Notes under the pieces: generated by a model
What the model was told of the DNA's origin: nothing
Databases searched by the model: none
Seen by the model: the letters and a program-made list of their open reading frames with translations, nothing else
Translations under genes and position numbers: made by a program
Source of the DNA: Azolla caroliniana
Taxonomy: Eukaryota > Plantae > Polypodiophyta
Direction: 5' to 3'
Length of the DNA stretch: 64,000 nucleotides
Assembly: GCA_043228905.1 (NCBI GenBank)
Contig: JBHGNT010000010.1
Location: forward strand, 19,840,001-19,904,000
Shown here: piece by piece, positions 27,595 through 40,457 of the stretch
Layout of the letters: each line of letters opens with the position of its first letter
How positions within the stretch are numbered: the stretch's first letter is position 1

Positions 27595-28920
27595 ATTAAA
27601 TAATAAAGAAATGGCATATTTTACATGCAAAAATTATGCACATCATATGTATGTTGCACTATTGTATAGTAATTCCATATACTATATGGCTATCTAATTT
27701 GATCCATTCACAAATGACATTTTTTTGTATAAGTTACACTTGCATGTAGAAAAGAATTCTTGGCAAAACACGATTTATGCACAACTACCAAACCTTGTGA
27801 GAAATTGGGTGGTTGAAGTTCCATTTCTAAAGTCAAGGTGTTGAGGCCAACTCACACAACCTGCGTGACTTTAGGTCGACAACCATAAGAATTAAATGTA
27901 GAAATCAAATATTGGAAGACTTGTGAGATTGTTTAGCATGAATTACCAAACGAAAGAAAGGGAATGTGAACCTTATTTTGAAATTTGTGAAATTGTTTTA
28001 ACACTATGGGAATGAATGCGTTGCATAGTGCCAAGATTATTTAACATTGTTTTTTATAACGTTGAAGGTCCATCTCATTGTGAAAAGGATGCAGCTAACG
28101 CTGATTTGCTCAAACTACCTAGTCTGACAATGTTGCCTTACATTGTGATGCCATCCTACATTCAAGTTTTCCAAGTTCTATTGCAAATTGGTGGAAAATA
28201 AGTGGGCATTAAGAGACTGATTTAAACAGCAAAAGTTCTTGGTATTGGTGACAATTGCAATCGATAGATATGTTTTATTCTTGACAAAGAACGAGGTCTT
28301 CATAACCATGCAAGTGCACACCAATGAGATGTTATAGTGAAAAACGAGGCCATGCTTTTGAGATTAGTTACCTCACCCACTTCGTACCTTTCAATCTGAT
28401 CATTAAACAGATTGTGGTTGAAATTTGAAATGAAACACTACAACCAATCACAATGCATCTAAATTTGAGTTAACAACAGGAATTTGAGTTTTGGTAATCT
28501 GCAAGAACAAGAAAGTCCCAGATACCAACTTATATACTTTCAAGATATTACCCAAACAAAATAAGAGAAAAGGGGGAATCGCATTTACATTAGAAATAGG
28601 TGGAATTGCAAACATGATCATTTGGTTGTCAGCTATATATTAAGGTAATGCAAGATATTAAGGGTCATCAGTCATGTCTACCGATGAAAATAATTACTAG
28701 TTGATAGAAGTTTTGACAGATCATTGTCAATTACTCGCACAAAAAGCTTTAAAAAGTAAGGATAAGGAACAAAATTACTGAACCATTGAAATTGATTGTA
28801 TCTTCCTTGAAAACCAAATATCTGTTTAGCCATGCTGAAACTAGGACATGATTTCCCCAAAACCAGAGCCTAAAGAGAGAATTTTTAAAAAATAAACTCA
28901 ATGCAAAAATTGAGTGCAGT

Positions 28921-31900
28921 CTAGGCACTCTGGAGAGCTCTAATCCTCTCTGATGCAAAAAGATTTAACCGTCTGAGAATGGTCCTTTCATACACACGCA
29001 ATGATAACGCACTATATTGTTTAGAATCATCCGCATTCCTGGGAACCCACCTCAGTTGTTCTATGTCTTCTTCTAGAGAACTAGATGTTCCATATAGCTC
29101 ATCTCTTCTCTTACATAGCCATAACAAAGCTTTACATACTTCTAGCGTGAGAAACTCTTCATAAAGATCCCTCCCACCTTCCGCTGATACATCAACTGCC
29201 TTACGCCTTCCCCTTAACTTCTGGCCATCTTTTTCACATGCTATTTTCGTACTCGAAATGAATTTATCAGTCCAGTGAACTTCATCGTCGGAAGACCCTT
29301 CAGCAATTTCAAACCTTGTAAGACTCATGTCAATTGCATTAAATGCATGATCAGAAAGATGCACAATATAAAGACAAAATATCAGTTCCAGATCAGGCTT
29401 CCCAGATGCCGAAACCTCAAAGTATTCACTTTCTTGCGATTCACATGGCATGCAACCATATCTTCTCCATAATCGTATTCGATTGCGAGCATGGCGCTCC
29501 GAAAAAACCACCATACAATATTCTGTCAGTAGAGCATAGTCAATATTCACTATATCATAAGGATTCTCAGGTTCTGTGAAGCCATATCGATGTAAAAGGC
29601 CAGCATTACCCAAGTTGCCATAAGTGTTGAAAATCTGGCAGAAAATGGTGTCACTTAACATATTTAGTATTTCCGAAGGCATTCACAATAATATGTATAT
29701 ATGGGTAACACTCGAGATCTTGCAGGCACAATATTATCATTCCTTACATTCACATAAGCACTTATTGCTTCAATTGATCACATAGTGCTCCCATGAATAT
29801 GATAATGCGATCCTCATTGGGCAAATGCAAGTGATTCTGTTGTAATGCTTATGAGGTATCACATAAGAATACCAATGAAAATGCAATATTTCACTCTTGA
29901 CGATTGTTTTACATATAATACAAAGGTGTTTCTTCTTATTCAAGTTCAGAAGTATACTACCATCTCTTGCAATTTCGATGTTGCTAAAACCCTGGTGAAT
30001 TCAGGACAGATGGTTTAATTTGATCAATCATCCACATTTTCATGAGTGCCAATCATTTTCAAAGCATTATTAACCAAGCAATCATAATTCTGCTTTTCTT
30101 TAAGTAAAGAGCTAAAATTTTCCATTTCTATATAGTTTCAGTTTTAAGTTTACAGTATGCAAGTTTAAAATTTAAAACAGCTTAATATTTTACTTCATGA
30201 TGCCACTAAATCCTAGTGGGCTCAGCTCTTACGAACCTCTATTCCTTACTATAATTTACATTTGTAAAGGGAAATATCACTAGGAAAGTTAATAACACAA
30301 CGATCAGAAAACATGGTTTACCTCTGATCCACTTGATACATTTCGCACGAGAATCATTTCCAAAACACCATTCCTATCTTCAATGGACTCAACCTCTTCC
30401 ACATCTAAAATGGGTTCATTGCTTTTGGGCAAAATACATTCATTAGCTCTTTTAGAACCTGAACTATTATTCATTGGTTTCGTTTTAGAATCTGAATCTG
30501 AATCCGAATCTGAGTCCGAATCATGGTGTGGATCTGTGATATGCACATCTTCAGCCCCAGTTTTATGGTTGAACCTAAAGAACTGACCATATTAGCTCAC
30601 TGCATTTGGTTGGAATTTTTAAGGGAATAGTAAACCAACAAAAAACCCCTAAGTTTTGGATATTCACCATGATACCCCTGTTTTTTCAAATTTCACCAGA
30701 ATGCCCCTATTCAGTACAACATTTACAGCTACATAAAGGGGTGTTCAAGTAATTCTTGAATGTGTCAGGGTGTCATGCTAAAGACACAGCAAGTTAGGGG
30801 TATTTGCTATTTTTCTAGGAAACCAATAAACCAAATTTCATTTATAACAGTTTCAAATAACACACGCACAAGTCAGCAAGTGGTACCATGCCATATCCGT
30901 GAAATTCATCCACTTCAAAAGCACGAGATGAAATCAAGGTTTTTGCCGTGAAATAATCCTCCAAAGTAAAATGCACAGGAGGGAACTCTCGTGGATTCTC
31001 CTCACACAAAGGCAATATGGATTCTTCCCAATCCTCTTCAATAAGCTTCTTGTCGTCCTGAACCACCTGTCTACAAAAAGCTAAAAGGCTTCAAACAGAG
31101 GTTAATGCTGACAAAACACAAATAGCCTTTAATTCTTTTTGTGTGTCATAAATTTCTTCCAACCATATATTAAACAACATGTTCTATTAAATTTCTTTCT
31201 ATGATCTACAATACATATGGTTTATAAATCACAGATGTCTGCATTGAAATTCATCTTTGTGTCAGTAAGAAAGCCACTAACACCTTGGTGAACTTAAATG
31301 ACATTATGGGAATTATTGTAAACTAGAGAGCCATTTCAATTATTCTCTCCTGTTGAGCTTGTACAAGAACCAACAAGCCAATAAATAAGATGAAACAAGA
31401 ATGAGATATGATCAGCAAAAATATAAACGATAAAACCAGAGGACCGTTTTTGTCAATTGCTCTTTACCGTTATTTTCTGAGCATTATGTAGACTACCAAG
31501 TTTGGAGTATAATCAGGGGAAAAAAATGGTAAAGTATGGTATCATAAAATCACAGTTGCTCTTAATTCAACTTGTACACTTTAACTTGCAAATAGTTAAA
31601 GAAGAATCGAGACAGAGATTGAGATCAATCTCTCTAACCTGGTGAAGTTCGGAGTATAATCAGGGGGAAAAAATGGTGAAGTATGGTATCATAAAATCAT
31701 ATTTACTTTTGATTTAACTTGCGCGCTTTACCTGGCAAATAGTTTAAAGAAGAATCGATACAGAGAATGAGCTCAATCTTTCTAACCTGGTGAAGCTCGG
31801 AGTATAATCAGGGGAAAATGGTGAAGTATGATATCATAAAATCATATTTACTTTTGATTCAACTTGTGCGCTTTAACTGGCAAATAGTTAAAAGAAGAAT

Positions 31901-32563
31901 CGATTCACAGAATGAGCCCAATCTCTCTAACCTGGTGAATCTCGGAGTATAATCAGGGGAAAATAATGGTATTAAAAGCATGATATTCATGTCACAAAAT
32001 CACATTTGCTCTTTGATTCAACTGGTACACTTTTAACTTGCGAATAGATAAAAGAAGAATCGAGACAGAGAATGAGAATGAGAATGAGATCAAATCTCTC
32101 TAACCTGGTGAAGCTCGGTTCCCCTGAGCAATCGATCAACGTCATGGGGGGGCCAGACGATGGGCAAATCATTGACAGGTCCTGACAAGAGGTGTAAGTA
32201 AGGATACCAGGGAGAAAGCTCACCACGCCCGCGTTCATACATGAGGGCAACCGCGAGAGCAAGGCCTCCACCCAACTGAGCCTCCTCAATGGCAGCTGCC
32301 GCCCCACTCGTCTTCACTGTCAGGCAAGCTCCTTTAGGAATACTTCCTATAACATCTCCTTCTTTTAGGTCATGGCGGGCCTTCACACCCATTCCATGGA
32401 CAACAACGCTTCTACTGCTATTTCTACTCTTCCTGTCACTGCTCTCATTACCACTGCCGCCATTGTCATTCACTATGAGCTCTAGGGATTCACTGTATTT
32501 GATGCCTCTCTCCTCCATCCACCTCACAAACCCTCGAAGCTTCCTTCTATGTGTGCTAGACAT
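28921..32563 (-). CDS. SET-domain lysine methyltransferase, SETD6/RKM3-like, 4 exons
   Basis: MSSTHRRKLRGFVRWM...GACLTVKTSG...LAVALMYER...SPWYPYL...LLRGTELHQ|VVQDD...ISSRAFEVDEFHGYGMVPLADL|FNHKTG...|IFNTYGNLGNAGLLHRYGFTE; stop at 28921. Confidence 0.92.
30622..30820. mobile_element. Mutator-like foldback MITE in SET-gene intron 2
   Basis: Left arm with three ~29-bp-spaced CCCCT motifs (ACCCCTAAG, ATACCCCTG, ATGCCCCT) mirrored by AGGGGTG, CAGGGTG and TAGGGGTA in the right arm. Confidence 0.55.
31504..32118 (-). repeat. Four ~145-173 bp tandem units, each spanning the SET-gene exon1/intron1 donor
   Basis: Plus-strand CTAACCTGGTGAA at ~31634, 31782, 31927 and 32100; units also share GGAGTATAATCAGGGGAAAA and AAAGAAGAATCGA. 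Confidence 0.92.
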
Positions 32564-33429
32564 GGCTATGGCTTCTCTGGCTATGGCTATGGCTTCTCTC
32601 TTCCTTCTCTAATAAGCAGACCAAAAACCCTAATAAGCCCCTCATTATCAACAGATGGCAAGCAAGGGCATTTATTTGGGAAATAGAGAAAATTCAGGGG
32701 CATGTTTTCCGGAGGCCGTCTTCTGGAATACTTCCCCCTTTTAGAAAACCCGTCCAAAAATGGCAAACCCAACTTCATAATCAACTAACTCTCTCCTGGT
32801 AACTTCAAAAAACTCCACAAGCCTTTGAGTGTCTTCTGTTTTCGATCCAATTAAACCTCATCCCTCTTATGGTTTTTGTGTCCTAGGTATTGCCACCATT
32901 GATCAATGGGAGTTTAGGGTTTAGGGTTTGGGGTTTAAGTCAATACCATGTATGAGACAATATGACTCCTTTTAGGTGGTTGGTTGTCCTAAGGATGTGT
33001 AGGGCCCTCATATAGCTGCAAACATAACCCAATGGAGTCCGAATGCCATGCATTTTTTTTATCAAAGATCAAGATATTGAATATAGACACTACAAACATA
33101 ACCCAATGGAGTTTGAATGCTATGCATTTTTTAGATGAAAAGCAAAACCCTCGTGTGTGCCACTTTTGATTGGTTCCTCTGATCGTTGTTTCTGAAGAGA
33201 GAATTTGTCGCTTTTAATTTATATGCAATGTGGGCATCGTCTCAAGGAATTCATGACTCTATTGGGATGAGGTCATTCATTAATTGGAACGATAAGATTA
33301 TAGATATAACAAGGGGTTGGGAACATGTACAAATTAGTCATGATTCATATTGGTAGCATATTATTCATATAGCTACAAAGAATATATTGAAGATAGACTA
33401 CGAGCCTATTGGATTAAACATGCCATGGG

Positions 33430-33637
33430 CTTTTATCCCAAGCTCATACTTTTGAATAAACTCTTTCATGAGATTGATCAATCTACAAGAAGACTGCTAA
33501 ATGAATGAGACAAAAATACATCATCGCCTTTATCCCAAGCTCATACTTTTGAATGGAATCATTCTTAAGATTGATTAATCTACAATAAAACTAGCCAATG
33601 AACAAGATATAAACATATCATGGCCTTTATCCCAAGC
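33430..33637. repeat. ~98-bp tandem duplication in SET/HDA14 intergenic region
   Basis: TTTATCCCAAGCTCATACTTTTGAAT...AGATTGAT.AATCTACAA twice plus a partial third; a second pair ACATAACCCAATGGAGT..GAATGC.ATGCATTTTT lies at ~33022 and ~33096. Confidence 0.8.
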
Positions 33638-34147
33638 ACGTACTCGTTCACGAGGGGTGTTCTAAAAACTCGTAGAATTGATAATGTAATTGCTCAGAAG
33701 GGAAGACATTGGTAAAGGGCATTCATTTTGGGAAGGAAGGAACGGAAGCAAAGAGATAAAGAGAAAGATTGTGTTGGGGAGGGGTTTTCAAGCAATTGTA
33801 TGGTTGACCAAGGCAATAATGAAAACACAACAATATTGAGGAGATAAAAGAGAAACACAAGGGGCAAGCGATCTGATTGTGTAAAAATGGACAAACATGG
33901 AGCTGTTGCCTGAAATAGAACATATAATTGGCCGATTCAAAAGACAGATTGGGCAGAATGCTCGTGTATCTCGATAAGGGCAAACAAACAAACGTGGAGT
34001 TTTGAGATGGAGGTTATTCGCAACATTTGGGGTCATTTTTTATTTGGAGTCATGCATGGCCACTCACATGCAAATGGAAGTGGTGTTATTTTTGGCTGGC
34101 CGAATGAGGGATTGGCTGTGGGGACCCTTTCAAAGACATGACAAAAC

Positions 34148-34248
34148 TCGGGGGCATTTGAGGAAATAACAAAACCGCAGGGGCATTTAAGGAAATAATA
34201 AAATCTCAGGGGCATTTTAGGAAATAACAAAAACCCAGGGGCATCCGG
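34148..34248. repeat. 29-bp tandem repeat (~3.5 copies) in HDA14 proximal promoter, related to the MITE arm subrepeat
   Basis: GGGGCATTT..GGAAATAA.AAAA...CA repeated with ~29-bp period. Confidence 0.85.
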
Positions 34249-34269
34249 GAGATGAAAGAACCACAAGCA

Positions 34270-34305
<36 letters not shown>

Positions 34306-34358
34306 TCCATTCCATTCCATTCATTCATTCATTCCATGTTACTTGTTAAGATCGATAG

Positions 34359-37300
34359 ATGGCCCTGCTCAGGTTCGGGATGATGGCTTCTACTCTCGAG
34401 AAATGTTACCTCGCAGCAGAGCAGATCAGAGCTTCAGGTTTTTGCCCACACACTCAAATTATTACTTTTAGAAGTTTCCATTTCTGTAGATTAGTTAGTT
34501 CATGTCATAAAAGATCAGGGCTTCACCCACTAGATTATTACAGTTCAAGCCTCCAGTTCACGCCATATAATATCAGGCCTTCAGGTTTGTAAGCACACAA
34601 TTATTACTGTTGAAGTTTCTCTCTCAATGATTATAATGTTCATCTTATACTAGAAGTATGTGTATAAGCCTGATCATTACTCTGTATTTAATAGTTCGTT
34701 TCGTGATCACCATTAATAGAACAATGGGTGTTATCTTTATCATTTTATGTGTATGTTATATACAATATGTACATTGAAACTCTTAAAAATCCTCTGCTGG
34801 ATATTGCTTCTACTCGAATATTGTATATGTTGTGTGGAGAAACAAAAACAATTGCCCCAAACAAAGACATTTTTCCGGACAATTTGAAACGTTAGTTTTT
34901 AATCATTTGGAAAGTTGCTCGGCCACTGTCCCTTCATTGATTCTACATGACCATTTGAGTGCAATGTCAGAATATTATACCCTGATTTTGTCATTGAGAA
35001 CGATGAAAATTTCTCAGAGCATTCCAGGTGCATGGTTTACAAATTGTTTTATAAAATTGTGGTTGACATAACGAGATATTAAATGAACATATTTATAATA
35101 TATTTTTCAATCCCTTCAATGTGTTGGTTGAAGAACCTGAAAAATGTGAAATATCTTAGCATCGCAGCATACGTTCAAGTCAAAGGGGCAAGTTAAGTGC
35201 TGCATTGCTAATAAGGAAGGCAGTCACTTTCAGCAAAAGTTACTTGTGCCTCTACAACAGCTTGTGGAAGCACGAGTAATTTTCTGTACAGCTCCAGGGA
35301 TGGGTCACACTCAGGTATGTAAGGTTTAGGAAAAAACTCAGAAGTATCCTGATTTTGTCTCTTTTCCAAATTGCCACCCTCAACCCAGAAAGAGAGAAAA
35401 AGGGGATGAATTGAATGTATATTCCCCACTTAACTAAGAAAAAGGTGATGAATGCTCATTTTATCTCTTAAAATGCATATATAATTTCTGTTAAGGGTAC
35501 AATCAACTCTTAATATGACGTATGACGGATATTTTCAATTTTACCAAGAGTAGAATTAACCCTTGATACGAGGGATAAAAATTTGAAAACTTAAGTGCAT
35601 TTTGGGAAAGTTTAATTATACAGTATGTAATGAAAGTTTAATTATATAAAATGCATCAAGATATTTCTTTTCTTTGTAAAGGTTGAACAAAATTTCTGGA
35701 ATGATTTGCAGTATTTTTACAAGCCACTGGACTTTTGGACAGGATGCTCATCCTGAGTGTAATGCACGTGTTCCAGCAATTTCGGAGGCTCTCGAGAAGG
35801 CCAAGTTAACACCTGAGGTTGTATTGATATACATTCTAGTCGCCCAACTTTTTCCCCAAGTTAAGTGCTTTGTGATAGTTCTATTTTTCTTTACTAACAA
35901 AATTTCAAAGATATTTCAATGTTGATTCAAAGCAGTGTTTTTGTGCATACATTCAGCATGCATTTTTAAACTGCTCTTATTTTTTTACTGAATTTATTTA
36001 AGCATATAAATATTACTGGGTGTTTTTTAATGTGAACTCATATAAAAGGGGCCATAAGTATTTTGATATGGTGACAATGGATACAAATTCATTAACAAGG
36101 AATCACTAACAAATTAGATGGGGATGGAGTACCAATCAATCTTTAGTTAACTTTAACTCATTGATGTGCATCACAAATTAGATGGGAATGGGTTACAAAA
36201 TCAATCTTTAGTTAGCTTTAACTCATCAATATGCATCACATAAGCTGTTATCTAAATAAGTTAGATATATGATAATCTGTTTGAACTTAGCTTGGAGTAC
36301 GAGAGAGTTGAGATGAATTCTTTAGTTTGCTTGTAATGTATAACACAGTTTACATATGTTTTCTTGTGAGACTATCAATCAGTCCACATATTATCATAGT
36401 CGTGGGAACAGCTATTGTACTTCTTCCACTGTGCATTTGTATACATTGTTCCTATAATGTTTGCTATTTACATCAGTATATTATAATCTATGCAAGTAGG
36501 TAAAACCATTAATGATGCATTATTTTTGTGTCAATAATGTGTTACACTTCTCCTGCCCCTGCCATATTTTTGCTTACATAAATGCATAGAAATCTGGTTG
36601 GAACTTCAACAATGTTTAAAATGTCAAACCTTTTTATATGTTCCTTTTTCTTGACATGTGACTCGTAACCGAAGTTCCGTGGGAAAGAAGTGTTGAGAAT
36701 AGAGAATTTTTTCGATGCAAGTATAGATGACATTGCTGCTGTACATAAGGAGTCATATGTCCGAGGTTTGGAGAAGGTAAGTTGTTGGGCTTACTCTAAG
36801 TCTTGCAAAGCAGGTCACAAGGCCTGTTTTTGGAATAGGAAATGGCTCAGATCTTAATATTTGTTTTCATGTTGTGTAACAGTTTACTGTTTGATTCTTG
36901 ATGCATCAAATATATTCCTATGCACAAAATCAGTAATAAGGCAACAATTGGATCTTTTTCAAGTTGTATTGCACGGTGTATGTTGTTAAGATCTATTCAA
37001 TAAATGCATGGATCTGCAAATCAAAGTCATTTCTGCTGTTTTCTAGGGTATGATTCTATGTATGGATCTTAATGATCATTTAAATTTGGATTTCTATTAT
37101 TTTAGGTGGCAGAGAAGGCATGCAATGAGGGTTTGATACTTATTGAGGGATCTGGGCCAACTTATGCAACTTCAACTGTCTGTGATTTTTCCTATTGCAT
37201 ATCCATGGAAGTTCTGGATTATATTAATGGTTTACTTGGTTATTTCTATGATGGATTCATGTTTAATGAATTCATTTTCAGTTGTGATTTTTTATTTCCT

Positions 37301-40300
37301 TTAATTTTTTTATATGAACATTGACCAGCGAAACATAAAGAAGTTGTACACATTCTGATTCTGAAAGAATCTAGGCAAAATCTTTGTGCAGTTTGTATGA
37401 TGGTTCAACCGCTGCTAGTAGGAAAAATGGACAGTTGTAAGGATGTGATTTGTGAGATTGATTTTTTTATTCGTTTATAAATTGAAATCCTCTGAAAGTT
37501 TATGAAATATTGGCCAAGATGGTATGGTCTGGGTTGGACATGCATGGTGGAAAATTCCAGATTAAGGCTAGGCCTTAGATTTTTTAACAGTTCTATAAGC
37601 TAAAAGGCACACTTAAATATAAAAGTTTTAACCAATGTTTGGGCAAGCGGTTACAAATATTCAATGATTGGACAGTCCAATGTGCAGTTACACAGGTGCC
37701 ACCGTGTGGTAGTTCTTTTGGAAATATGACTTTGCTATTAACTGCTGCAGCCATGGAAAACTCAGGTTTTGGAGCATTATGGCTGAGTTTTGTGGTTATG
37801 GGGGTCTCATGACAATGGAAGGATCTGTCAGGGGTGAGATTAGAAGTTAATGCAAGGATACATGCTCCTTGTGTTAATCACACCACTGTCCCATCAATGT
37901 TGGCAACATCAATATCACTTTTTTAGCTGTTGCAGTTGTGGAAAGCTGATATTTTTGGAGCTGTGTGGCTGGATTTCTTATTTTCTTTGTCGAAAAGCTT
38001 TTTTTTTTAATAATTACTAAGAAAGATAGTTTTTTCTTCAATCCTGTTACAGAAAATCACTAAAAAAAAAGTTCCATAAAAATGGAGAATTGTATACCCA
38101 TTTGGGTTGGATAGTTGTCTATCTTTGAATGAATGGTTGATCATTTTAACAATGGATTTTATTATATATATTCTCGTTCATATTCTATATATATTGTAAT
38201 TGATATTTAAAGCTCTTACATAGTACTAGACTTTTTCACGGCTGAGTCTACTCAATTGTCCTTAGTAAAGTGAGAGAAACTCAATGTGGTAGGCCATGTA
38301 ACATTTTTAGATGAATATTGATGTATGAATCTTCATTCACTTCTGGACATAGATGTCAGTGAGGATGACCTTTATCTGCCTCTTTTTTATATGAGTTTTT
38401 CTTTTCTTTGTAGACATTCTTGGAATCCTTGAAGGCGGCGGGAGCAGGCATGGCTTTAGTTGATCTGGTGGTGAGAAGCTTTGTAATTATTATTTTAATT
38501 GATGCTAAATTTTTGTGCTCCAGTTTCAATGGGGAAAGTTTTTCTTGGGTAATGTCCATATTTAAAATTTTCTGTATTTAGAACTACTCCTTTTTACAAT
38601 ACATTTATTAGTGCTATAAATCTGAACCTGAAGTAAACATGCATGAAATCCACGATATATTAATTTTATGGAATGAATGTGACTGTTTTAAGGTTGCAGC
38701 TTCAATGGAAACCAAGAAGCCGCCTGTAGGTTTTGCTTTAATAAGACCACCTGGTCATCATGCCGTACCATCAGGGCCAATGGGATTCTGTATCTTCGGT
38801 AATATTGCAATTGCTGCTCGACATGCACAGCGCAAACATGGAATGAAGAAAGTATTTATAATTGATTTTGATGTACATCATGGAAATGGTACAAATGATG
38901 CTTTCTACAATGATCCAGATATTTACTTCCTATCTACTCATCAGGTAGCATTCCTTACCATCGTTGTTAACCAGCATGCTAACTAACCCCTTACGTACTG
39001 CACTAGTCTTCCTTTTAGTTTGAATGACTTCGATTCAATAAATTTGATTTCATATGAATTCTCCAAGACATTTATTATCCTTCGTTCCTGGCTTATTCGT
39101 GCTTTGCTGATTTAATAAATAAAATTGATCTAGCTGATTTCTTTTTGGTTGCAAGTCCTGTTTTTCTTATTTATTTTAGATTTCTCTGTAGGCAAATGAA
39201 TCGGAGGCTATGATAATCCATGTATTTCATAATGCTATCAGAGTCTGACTTCAGACCTCAAAAATAATTTGTCAAGAGTTCTTAGATCCCCCAATTAAAA
39301 TTGTGGATAAACACGCACTTCAGTATACATATTTAGTAAACACATAGACATACACACACACATACACAAGATAATTATTAAGCACTCTTATATCCTTAAA
39401 ACATACTAAGACTCGCAAAAATTGAAGTACCTGTACACTTTCATTGGTAACAAGAATCACAAAATTTTCAAGTACTCGAGTCAATCCCATCTTCCCTAGT
39501 GCAGGTCCCCGATGGTCTTGCTCATATTTAACATGCATGCACAAATATTGTCAGAATACTTCCATGTGTATTACTTGAACTATCATTACATAACACCAGA
39601 TTGGAAAGCTAAGAAATTTTAACTTATTTGCAGGCAGGAAGTTATCCTGGAACAGGAAAATTGGAGGAAATCGGAAAGGAAGCAGGAGAAGGAGCTACTT
39701 TGAACTTGCCGCTGCCTGGGGGTTCCGGTGATGAAGCTATGTCCACAGTTTTTCATGAGATAATCGTTCCAGCAGCACAGAGATTTAAGCCTGATATTAT
39801 CCTAGTGTCTGCAGGGTCTCTCTCTCTCTCTCTCTACCATATGTGTATGCTCATTAGTAAATTCTTGAACACCAAGAGCCACTTATCAACTCCATATATG
39901 TTTTTATATTATGTGAAAATGTTTCACTTTTGGTTCCATATTCTATACATGATCTCTCAAGTCAATCATAAAGTCTATCGATATCTCATCTTGTGATTTT
40001 CTTTGTTTCTGGTTACAGGAATGTTACTTAAATGTATATGTCTAATAGGCTAAAGTAGCGTGGGAAAAAAATCTTTTCTTTCTCTAAATATTTTATGTCA
40101 CAAGTGGTAGTCAACATGAAAAGGAGACTAATTTCGTCAATTTTTCTCTTACTCAGGTATGATGCACATGTTTTGGACCCCCTTGCTGGCTTTCAGTTTA
40201 CAACAGGAACTTTCTATAGGTTGGCAATGAACATCAAAGAGCTTTCTCAGGATTTGTGTGGAGGGCGGTGTGTTTTCTTCTTAGAAGGCGGCTATAACCT

Positions 40301-40457
40301 TAAATCTTTATCTGATTCTGTGTCAGACTCATTTCGTGCTTTCTTAGGAGATGCTAGTTTATCTAATAAGCTCGACAATCCCTCCATTTTATATGATGAA
40401 CCCTCTTTATTAGTGAGAAAGGCAGTTGATCAGGTCAAAGCTATTCATTGTCTCTGA
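34359..40457 (+). CDS. HDA14: Histone deacetylase 14 (RPD3/HDA1 class II) with N-terminal extension
   Basis: Exons: [15 protein letters not shown]|[68 protein letters not shown]|[18 protein letters not shown], ending KAIHCL*. Catalytic and Zn-binding motifs intact; first-exon end ambiguous (see findings). Confidence 0.93.
36110..36240. repeat. ~65-bp tandem duplication in HDA14 intron
   Basis: CAAATTAGATGGG.ATGG...AATCAATCTTTAGTTA.CTTTAACTCAT..AT.TGCATCAC twice. Confidence 0.8.

Noticed and set aside
32289-32612. Antisense ORF over SET exon 1 (likewise 46122-46577 over the LINE ORF1)
   Set aside because: Shadow frames of real coding sequence with no independent motifs.
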